Part shown: positions 54,229 through 61,585 of the stretch, piece by piece | Layout: each line of letters opens with the position of its first letter | Position numbering within the stretch: position 1 is the first letter of the stretch | Virus record (IMG/VR): IMGVR_UViG_3300028603_000021 | Span: 1-64,000 of that record | Direction: 5' to 3' (one strand) | DNA from: a virus | Lineage: Duplodnaviria > Caudoviricetes | DNA: 64,000 bases | Program-made: the position numbers and the translations under genes | The notes under the pieces: model-generated | What the model was told of the DNA's origin: nothing | Seen by the model: only the letters and a program-made list of their open reading frames with translations | The model's database searches: none

Positions 54229-54813
54229 CTAGGACACTCTTGTCCATTCTCCAGAATCCTCGTCGTAAGTAACTTCTCTGACTACCATCTTGCCTTCCTT
54301 AAGGGCTTTCAAGGTCGGTGGCACGCGGCTGTCGATAACCCTGAAGGTTTCGTTTTTCGGGTGGCTGTATATGTTATACATCGTAACTGTGTAAACCCTG
54401 GGTTTCAGCCCACTGAAGCTAAAACCTTCCGGGGGTTCTATAACCACGGTTTTTCCAGCAAACCTAGCTGTAATCCAGCGCAATCCGAAAAGCCTTTGCT
54501 TATCCCGCTTAAGCCCCCACAGCGCGGCGTTGTAGTATGCTCGGCAGTCTTGTAGCAGCTTATAAGTCTCCTCTGTGTGCTCCACCTCCCGCAGGACGCG
54601 CAGGTTAGACTCGTGATAGCTCTGGAGTGCATGTCCTAACGCTTTGAGGGTAAAAAGGTTGTGCGTGTCGCCACGATACCGGATATATTGATATTTCTCC
54701 AGCATCTGTGTTCTCTGTTTCTCAGTTAAGAACTCCTCTCCGACGGCATATACAGTCCACTCTTGGGTCTGCACCCTGTCGATTCTTCCTTTGGGGGGTT
54801 TTTCAATACCCAC
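54229..54813 (-). CDS. hypothetical protein
   Basis: AGGAGGAG RBS. Confidence 0.7.
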   Translation of the reverse strand: MGIEKPPKGRIDRVQTQEWTVYAVGEEFLTEKQRTQMLEKYQYIRYRGDTHNLFTLKALGHALQSYHESNLRVLREVEHTEETYKLLQDCRAYYNAALWGLKRDKQRLFGLRWITARFAGKTVVIEPPEGFSFSGLKPRVYTVTMYNIYSHPKNETFRVIDSRVPPTLKALKEGKMVVREVTYDEDSGEWTRVS

Positions 54814-54861
54814 GTTCTCCTCCTTTCGTTGATCGAAGTCTACTTTAGTGATCCATGAGAA

Positions 54862-55098
54862 TTATGTGATGGTTCCTATAAGTACGAAAAAGACGACCAC
54901 TATCACCCCGAGCAAAGCCATCACACCGATGACTGCGAAGAAGGCGAGCGCAACAGCTATAGGAAGCCAAAGCGGTGAAAAAACCCACCACCACGACCAC
55001 GAGATTACTCCCGTCAATTTCAGGATTAGAAAGATGAGTGTGAGTGCCCAGAGAACAGAATCTCTCACAAGGCTACCTGTGTCCCCTCGTTGAGGCAT
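54862..55098 (-). CDS. small membrane protein
   Basis: LT.IF..LKLTGVI.WSWWWV.SPLW motif; a similar short ORF lies at ~46550-46706. Confidence 0.75.
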   Translation of the reverse strand: MPQRGDTGSLVRDSVLWALTLIFLILKLTGVISWSWWWVFSPLWLPIAVALAFFAVIGVMALLGVIVVVFFVLIGTIT

Positions 55099-55712
55099 CG
55101 GAAAGTCACACCCCCTAGCTTAATCTCGGCATTTACGTGATAGTGCCCAAAGTACCAGTTCTTGACGTTCGGCAGCGCTTCCCAGAGCATGGATAACCCC
55201 TCTCCGGTGCGAGTGTTATAGATCTTTCTTCCCGGTAACAGCCGTGTAGTCACTTCACTCGGGCAGTCGTGAGACACCACCGTATGAACACTTCCCAGGT
55301 TAGGCAGGCGAAGGATGTCATCCCATTCCTCCCGGCTGAGTTCTTCCTCCGGCCACCAGTCTACCCCCGTCACGCGAGTGTTAGGCCACGCCCCAGTAAC
55401 ACCGTCAATGCTCCATGCTCCGCCAACATACATGATTCCATCCTCGATAGTTCCGTCTGGTATGTACGAAAAACCAGGATGCCTGAATTCTTTTACCTTG
55501 TGCGGGTTATCGTGGTTACCGCGTATAAACCTAAAGTACGGGGGCTTATCTATAGTTTTCGCATACAGCTCAAGATGTGCGTCTGCCGTTTCAGAGAAGC
55601 CGATACCCACGTCACCGACAAGGATTATCTGGTGGGCGTCGCTATGAAGCTTTCTCAGGCTCGGCAACCAGTATGTATGACCATGCAGGTCACCGACTAG
55701 TACAGTCTTCAT
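55065..55712 (-). CDS. metallophosphoesterase
   Basis: GDLHG, GD.G, RGNHD, GGA.SID..WW.EE, SHDCP, FGHYH. Confidence 0.9.
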   Translation of the reverse strand: MKTVLVGDLHGHTYWLPSLRKLHSDAHQIILVGDVGIGFSETADAHLELYAKTIDKPPYFRFIRGNHDNPHKVKEFRHPGFSYIPDGTIEDGIMYVGGAWSIDGVTGAWPNTRVTGVDWWPEEELSREEWDDILRLPNLGSVHTVVSHDCPSEVTTRLLPGRKIYNTRTGEGLSMLWEALPNVKNWYFGHYHVNAEIKLGGVTFRCLNEGTQVAL

Positions 55713-56194
55713 GATAGCCAGATATCCGAGACGTTCTCTACTTGCCTCGTGTACTGGTTCTCCTGTATGTAAGCAAGACGTATCGCCACCGCAACAGCTA
55801 CCCTACCTTCTACTGGGATAGTAGAAAGGAACTCTCCTATCTCGTCAACGCGCTCAGGGCTGAGTGCAAAGTTAGCTGCGATGTTAGCTACTATGTTAGA
55901 AGTCAGCTCTATAGAGTTTTCACGGTTCATGTCGCGCTCTTTGACCATCGAAGCAACGAGGCCATCAATGTCCTCTAGGGAAGCCAACGTAGTAGACGCC
56001 ACATCTATAGCTTCTTGGTACTCTTTAGCTAAGATGTCAAAGTAGTTGTTCTTCAGTCGCTCCAGGGTTTCAAAGTATTCTTTACGTTTATCCCCAACGG
56101 CGGCGTCTGAGAACGCTATACTAGAGAGTGTTTTTCTGAGGTGCGACAGATACTCTTTTTCCTTAGCCCCCAGTACATCATCGTCAAAGTTCAT
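55709..56194 (-). CDS. hypothetical helical protein
   Basis: ATGA coupling. Confidence 0.7.
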   Translation of the reverse strand: MNFDDDVLGAKEKEYLSHLRKTLSSIAFSDAAVGDKRKEYFETLERLKNNYFDILAKEYQEAIDVASTTLASLEDIDGLVASMVKERDMNRENSIELTSNIVANIAANFALSPERVDEIGEFLSTIPVEGRVAVAVAIRLAYIQENQYTRQVENVSDIWLS

Positions 56195-56523
56195 TGTTGT
56201 GGCTCCTTCTCCGATACTATCGACAAAAGGTAGTTCCTGAGCTTGTCTTCGTCCACGTCTGTGTCTTCTGGGTAAGAGACAACTGTTTTGCCGGGTCGGT
56301 TGATACAGAACACCCTCTCTATCTCAGGAAACTCCATGTACATCTTGACAGCTAGCATAAGGGCTTTTTCGCTTTCGTCTCCAGAAGCAACAGCGGTGCT
56401 TCCCATGATGGTCTCCTCGTCAGAAACAGCCTTCGTCCCCTCCGGATGAAATTCTACTACGTAGTACTCTTCCTCACCGATGGTTACAGTTGAAGCGGAT
56501 ACGTTTACCTTTCTCTCGCTCAC
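56191..56523 (-). CDS. hypothetical protein
   Basis: Likely GTG start after GGAG. Confidence 0.65.
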   Translation of the reverse strand: MSERKVNVSASTVTIGEEEYYVVEFHPEGTKAVSDEETIMGSTAVASGDESEKALMLAVKMYMEFPEIERVFCINRPGKTVVSYPEDTDVDEDKLRNYLLSIVSEKEPQQ

Positions 56524-56566
56524 GTCGTTTTCTCCGTTCTGGGAACGATGGGTCACCCCTCCCGTG

Positions 56567-56575
56567 TGGTATAAT
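56567..56575 (+). promoter_or_regulatory. extended -10 promoter at the strand switch
   Basis: TGGTATAAT upstream of the plus-strand operon. Confidence 0.6.
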
Positions 56576-56611
56576 AAGCATAGTTTACCATGAATGAAGC
56601 TGGAGGTCAAC

Positions 56612-57253
56612 ATGCTCCTGTCTCTGAAAAGTGACTTCATTGATTACTACGACAACAAGTTTGACACCGTAGAAAGGATACCGCACATAGCTTTACACAG
56701 GATCAGCAGGAGGTTGACAAGAGACAGCGCACTAGAATACCTGTCTAGGAACAAAGACTCTTTGCTGTTCAACAAGGTTGTACCACACGGGAAAGTTACG
56801 GTGTTCGATAATTCTACCTTAGTGGTGTATACTGACATATGTGCTGCTAATGGTGCGGGTATAGAGAAGATGGACGGCAACAAGGCACAGATACTGCACC
56901 CCGATAAGTATGCTTCTCTTTTTTTAGACCCCGGCGGAAAATCTGTTAAGCACATAGTAGTCGGAACTAAGAACTTCTTGGTTGAATGGAAGTCTAGAAA
57001 CAACTGGAAGTCTGACGTTGGTGATACTAACAACAAAGTTATCCGTATATGGGAAGCAGAATACCACAGAGAATTCCCCATGTACAGCATAACATACGTC
57101 GAACACCAGAAAGAAAAGATAGCTGTCAGACTTAACCTAGCTCCGAGGCTTCAGACACTAGAACGCTACCTGAAGCAAGAACAAGTAATCAAGGAACTGA
57201 AAGGATTCTACAGTGACAATACAAGAAGCTCAAGCGGTGATAATCCCCTCTAA
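56612..57253 (+). CDS. hypothetical protein
   Basis: GGAGG RBS before MLLSLKSDFIDYYD. Confidence 0.75.
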   Translation: MLLSLKSDFIDYYDNKFDTVERIPHIALHRISRRLTRDSALEYLSRNKDSLLFNKVVPHGKVTVFDNSTLVVYTDICAANGAGIEKMDGNKAQILHPDKYASLFLDPGGKSVKHIVVGTKNFLVEWKSRNNWKSDVGDTNNKVIRIWEAEYHREFPMYSITYVEHQKEKIAVRLNLAPRLQTLERYLKQEQVIKELKGFYSDNTRSSSGDNPL

Positions 57254-57740
57254 CGCTCGCGGGGTGGTCTCAGGGCACAGCATGGCCATGGGCGCAGTAA
57301 CGTTCCCCACCGCGTTTCAACAGTACCAGAACATGTGCAACCAACGTGTGTGGAGAGAAGATGCTGTAGGAAGGGTACGGTGGAGAAGCACCCTTGAGCC
57401 CGGAGACTCACTGGTATTCGTAGACCTAACACCCGATGACTACAGAGGTGTGCTTGAGTCCATCACAGAGGCTAATCCTGAGAAAGATGAGCTACACCAT
57501 ATGTACAGGGAGAAGCAGAAATATGTCTTCTTTCCCATCGTCAAGACACGCCCAGATAAGAAGTTCTCTATCGACAGCTTCAAACGATCCATGAAGCGGA
57601 TAAAAGAGATTGCTGTTCAGGAAGCTATCACTGAGATGCTTCTACTCGACGACCTAAACGACGACACCCACACTGCTCAAGTTAGGCAGATACTAGACGA
57701 CATGTTCGAGCAGGACGGCATACACGTAACAACTAAGTGA
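57213..57740 (+). CDS. possible macrodomain-like protein
   Basis: Weak resemblance: MGA..F; F..VK....K.S.DS.K.SM..I. Confidence 0.45.
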   Translation: MTIQEAQAVIIPSNARGVVSGHSMAMGAVTFPTAFQQYQNMCNQRVWREDAVGRVRWRSTLEPGDSLVFVDLTPDDYRGVLESITEANPEKDELHHMYREKQKYVFFPIVKTRPDKKFSIDSFKRSMKRIKEIAVQEAITEMLLLDDLNDDTHTAQVRQILDDMFEQDGIHVTTK

Positions 57741-57934
57741 CGACTGGAGGCAAGATGGAGAAAAGCCTGATGATCATGGTTCAGAACATAATAAACGACG
57801 ACGACCTAGATTCTGTGACACTGAAAGAATTCAGGTCTGTACTTTTACACGTCCAAGACTTGTTTACTAACCTAGAACAAGAAGAGGAACCTGAAGTAGA
57901 CGACCAGTCTCTGTTCAAAAAGCACGTACTCTGA
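57737..57934 (+). CDS. hypothetical protein
   Basis: ORF track. Confidence 0.65.
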   Translation: MTTGGKMEKSLMIMVQNIINDDDLDSVTLKEFRSVLLHVQDLFTNLEQEEEPEVDDQSLFKKHVL

Positions 57935-58506
57935 TGAAGCTCAACTACTACTCAGAAACTAACACTAAAAAGCTCGGGGAAAGTCCTTACCTGGATCACT
58001 ACCCAAAGATTGTGATGCAATCTCTGGATGACCTATCTTCGATCCATGTCATCTCAAACATGGATGAGTATTTCTCCGCAGAAAAACCCCTGTGGGTAAA
58101 GTGGGATTCTGTTACCCTAGAGCCAACTGCCGCTTTTACTCAAGGAGAGGGCGGCGTGGAGCTTGGGCGCGACTATGATACTCTAGTGATAAGCTTCAAC
58201 AACACCAACGGTATAATCCACAAACAGATACCGCCACCAAAGTTGACGTACCTAGGAGGAGGCACATTTTCGTGGTCTAGCTCTTACCTTATCCCAAGTC
58301 GGTTATACAGGGCGCGGTCTACAGATACGTCCGTTCCCCCAGATGACAGCGAGTTTTCCGTACAAGCCGAGATAGACGGCACTGCTGTTCCGGGTGGTGG
58401 AGTTACATATACTACCATCATCCCGCCGTCGCCCGTTTTCACCTACTTCTACTATGTCAGAAACAGGAACGGTAAGTCAAACATACTGGCCGTAGCGCCG
58501 CAGTAA
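57934..58506 (+). CDS. hypothetical beta-rich protein
   Basis: ORF track, coupled. Confidence 0.7.
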   Translation: MKLNYYSETNTKKLGESPYLDHYPKIVMQSLDDLSSIHVISNMDEYFSAEKPLWVKWDSVTLEPTAAFTQGEGGVELGRDYDTLVISFNNTNGIIHKQIPPPKLTYLGGGTFSWSSSYLIPSRLYRARSTDTSVPPDDSEFSVQAEIDGTAVPGGGVTYTTIIPPSPVFTYFYYVRNRNGKSNILAVAPQ

Positions 58507-58517
58507 CGAGGTGTGTC

Positions 58518-59162
58518 TTGTCCAAAAAGGGCATCAGTCTAACAACAGTACTCAAGAAATATGACCTCAACCCAGAACAGAAAACAGCAGTAGAAAGCAT
58601 ACGCAACAACAAGATAACCGTGATAACCGGAGTAGCCGGTACATCAAAGACCTTCACATCAGTCTATGCTGCATTGAAGCTCATCACAGACAACTCTAAC
58701 ATAGAAAAGATCTCCCTGACTCGCCCGATGGTGACAACAGAAAAGGTTGGCTTCCTACCAGGGTCGTTGTCAGAAAAGTATTCGCCCTTCCTCTCGCCGA
58801 TGATGGAGTTCTTCAACAAGTTCGGAGACTCCGGTGAGAACACTTACACCTCTCTTCTGGCCGCCGGTAAGGTGATAGAGCGACCACTAGCTTTTCTGCG
58901 CGGGGTAACCATAGCAGACGAGATAATGATCCTCGACGAAGCCCAAGACGCTACCCCAGACCAGATGCTCATGGCACTGACTAGGATAGGGGCATCTGGC
59001 AAGCTTGTGATCACGGGGGATGAAGATCAGAGTGACCTGGAGTTTGTAAGTGGTTTGGATAAAGTTGTTGCTCTGTCCACAAAGCTACCTTACATACAGC
59101 ACATCCACATGACAGAGAACATGAGAGACCCCCTTATCCAGGAGATACTAGATAACTGGTGA
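58518..59162 (+). CDS. phoH: PhoH-family ATPase
   Basis: G.AGTSKT; TRP.V..GFLPG...EK; LAFLRG.T; LDEAQ; LTRIG..K.VI.GD..Q.D. Confidence 0.92.
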   Translation: MSKKGISLTTVLKKYDLNPEQKTAVESIRNNKITVITGVAGTSKTFTSVYAALKLITDNSNIEKISLTRPMVTTEKVGFLPGSLSEKYSPFLSPMMEFFNKFGDSGENTYTSLLAAGKVIERPLAFLRGVTIADEIMILDEAQDATPDQMLMALTRIGASGKLVITGDEDQSDLEFVSGLDKVVALSTKLPYIQHIHMTENMRDPLIQEILDNW

Positions 59163-59185
59163 GATATATGCTATACTGAGCAGGT

Positions 59186-59710
59186 ATGCTTGAGACATTA
59201 CCACCAGGCTTCACCTTAAACCTAGATAAGTTTTACATCAACCCAAAGGGTACGCTGCCCCTGGTCGATTCCACCTATGACCTGGGGCTTATCTTTGGGG
59301 CGTTCGTAGAGGGCGGCGTACACCACATGTCCAGCTCTGGAGGAAAAACTTCGATAGGGTCTGTTCGATGGTACATACCAGAGAAGGAGTTCGAGTTTGG
59401 GAAAACCTTGGTAGAGGCTATCAAGTCTACGACCGGACTAGACGCAGCATACCGCTACCATGTCCCAAGAAACAGGAACAGGTTTATAGTGATATGCTAC
59501 AACAACGCACTGTCAAGATTCTTCGAGGAGTTCGGTCAGGGCAAAGAGAAGCATATCCCAGAGAAATACCTAGTCAACAACCAAAACTATCTTCGCGGTA
59601 TCTACGACGGCAGCACTTCTGTTATGAGCCAGACCAGAGATAAACCGTTGGTAGATGCACTGCTCGAAGACATAAAAGTATATCTAGGTATTGACACCAA
59701 GTTTCATTGA
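59186..59710 (+). CDS. free-standing LAGLIDADG (intein-type) endonuclease-like protein
   Basis: YDLGLIFGAF..GG; L.RFF..FG...EKHIP..YL....YLRGIYDG. Confidence 0.6.
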   Translation: MLETLPPGFTLNLDKFYINPKGTLPLVDSTYDLGLIFGAFVEGGVHHMSSSGGKTSIGSVRWYIPEKEFEFGKTLVEAIKSTTGLDAAYRYHVPRNRNRFIVICYNNALSRFFEEFGQGKEKHIPEKYLVNNQNYLRGIYDGSTSVMSQTRDKPLVDALLEDIKVYLGIDTKFH

Positions 59711-59719
59711 TGTTATAAT
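59691..59719 (+). promoter_or_regulatory. perfect sigma70 promoter, leaderless start
   Basis: TTGACA-N17-TATAAT; GTG 6 nt later. Confidence 0.8.
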
Positions 59720-59725
59720 TACCTA

Positions 59726-60523
59726 GTGCAGATATTCATAGTAGATACATCGTCAGACCTTAACGTATTCTTCCAGAAATCAACCCCAAACCTACCATTC
59801 CTCAACACTAACCTGCTCTCGTTCATGAGAGACGGCTTCACTAGGCAAGCATCCATCCACAACGAGCCCGTAGAGGTATTCTTCCCGGATACCTGGGAGC
59901 TAGATTCGCACGAGAAGAAGTATGACGGCAACTACTCCGAGTACCTGAAAGATGAGTATAACTTAGTGTTCCTGCTCAGCCTTACAACAGTACTTACTGG
60001 AAACATATCCCGGGAAGATGTAGCTGTACTGAAACAGCACCCAGACACTGCTTATTTTAACAACGGCGTTGTCGGCGGCTACATCAAAGGCGAGATGCCG
60101 ACGCCTACGGAAGATTCTTCTCTTTTCGCCGGATTTTGGCCTGTTACAGAAGATAATTTTCTTAAGATAAACCAAGAACTGACCGCACAGCTGTCTGCTT
60201 CCAAGGCTGTGAACGATAACATAACAACCTTCGGAAACCCGGTTATACTATCAGAAAGCTTGTGGAACTCTACGATCTGTGCCCCGTCGTTCATCGGGGA
60301 GAATGTCTCCATACATAACTCATACATCGGAGCTGGTAGTGTCATAACAGGCAACACAACTATCTCTAACAGCAGAATACTTCACTCTTTCATAACAGAT
60401 TCATCGGTAGAAAATGTCAAGCAGATGGAAGGCACCCTAGTAGCGGGTGGCAGCCGTCTCAAGGGCGTGTCTCTATCAAAGAGCCGCGTTCCTTATGGTT
60501 CAGTATTGGAGGGAAATGTCTAG
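59726..60523 (+). CDS. degenerate sugar-phosphate nucleotidyltransferase-like protein with left-handed beta-helix
   Basis: LPFLN..L N-terminus; hexapeptide repeats (PSFIGENVSIHNSYIG). Confidence 0.6.
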   Translation: MQIFIVDTSSDLNVFFQKSTPNLPFLNTNLLSFMRDGFTRQASIHNEPVEVFFPDTWELDSHEKKYDGNYSEYLKDEYNLVFLLSLTTVLTGNISREDVAVLKQHPDTAYFNNGVVGGYIKGEMPTPTEDSSLFAGFWPVTEDNFLKINQELTAQLSASKAVNDNITTFGNPVILSESLWNSTICAPSFIGENVSIHNSYIGAGSVITGNTTISNSRILHSFITDSSVENVKQMEGTLVAGGSRLKGVSLSKSRVPYGSVLEGNV

Positions 60524-60890
60524 CATACGATTTAAGAACCTTCTTCCTATGGGAGAAGATATCATGGAGGACTACCTTGATAACGACCTGAACATGAGTG
60601 AAATTTCTAAGAAATATCACGTTCATTACTCTAACTTGCGGCGTTACATAAAGTTCCGCATAAAAGAGATGGGTATCGAGGAAGAATTCAACATACAGCA
60701 CGTTAACCAAGAAGATTTCCCATACCTAGACATAGGTGATACATTTCAGTTTGCTGAGTGGCTGACTATATGGCGTATAATAAAGCTGAGCAAGAAAGAC
60801 GGGGATCTGGTCTTCGAGATGATACCCAGCAAAACTAGAAATCCTGTGAGACACTGGATAAACGACGAGCTTGCTGAGCAAGAGGGATAA
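60516..60890 (+). CDS. HTH DNA-binding protein
   Basis: MSEISKKYHVHYSNLRRYI. Confidence 0.7.
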   Translation: MSSIRFKNLLPMGEDIMEDYLDNDLNMSEISKKYHVHYSNLRRYIKFRIKEMGIEEEFNIQHVNQEDFPYLDIGDTFQFAEWLTIWRIIKLSKKDGDLVFEMIPSKTRNPVRHWINDELAEQEG

Positions 60891-60891
60891 G

Positions 60892-61584
60892 ATGCCAACC
60901 AAGAAACACAAAAAGATAAAAGAACTTGGCATAGGTGCTGACGTCATCAGAGATGTGGTAGATAATGCTATGTCTCTACAGAAGGTTGCTGAGAAGTATG
61001 ACCTGAGCTATACCGAAGTTCAGAGGTTCATCCGAGACAACAAGATGAACGTCTACGACGACGAGCAGCTAGAGGCTATCGCCATGTCTGAGGAGTTCAA
61101 CCCGCTTGGCGTAGTTACCCACTTCTTTCAGTCGGTTCACCATGCGTCCAAAGAGCTGGCGTTTACCGGGATACTTGCACAGATGTTCCGAGAAGAGCTG
61201 GCCAAGAAGATCTCTGAGGTTGGTGTAGAGGGAATAGCAAACTCTCCTAGCGCGGCAAAGCTCGTGAAGAACTGGCAAGATAACGCTAACAAGCTGACGA
61301 AGCTCGTAGAACTATCCCCTAAGCTGCTCACAGCCTACATAGATCTTTTTTCTCAGGTGCTAGATGTACAGAGGGAAGTATCTTACGTAAAACTTATCAC
61401 AGACCTTCTCAGGAAGGAAGACCCAGCCCTCTACAAGAAGATACAGAAGGCGCTCGACGCTGACCCGACAGCTAAACGTGTATTAGATGCACTAGCACGT
61501 GAGGACGTTCTCATGTACTGGGACTCAGACACTGGACAGGTAGTCAGAACAAGAGTTGAGCTAGAAGACTCGCTGGAGTCTTAG
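60892..61584 (+). CDS. probable terminase small subunit
   Basis: N-terminal HTH plus helical body; directly upstream of TerL. Confidence 0.6.
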   Translation: MPTKKHKKIKELGIGADVIRDVVDNAMSLQKVAEKYDLSYTEVQRFIRDNKMNVYDDEQLEAIAMSEEFNPLGVVTHFFQSVHHASKELAFTGILAQMFREELAKKISEVGVEGIANSPSAAKLVKNWQDNANKLTKLVELSPKLLTAYIDLFSQVLDVQREVSYVKLITDLLRKEDPALYKKIQKALDADPTAKRVLDALAREDVLMYWDSDTGQVVRTRVELEDSLES

Positions 61585-61585
61585 T

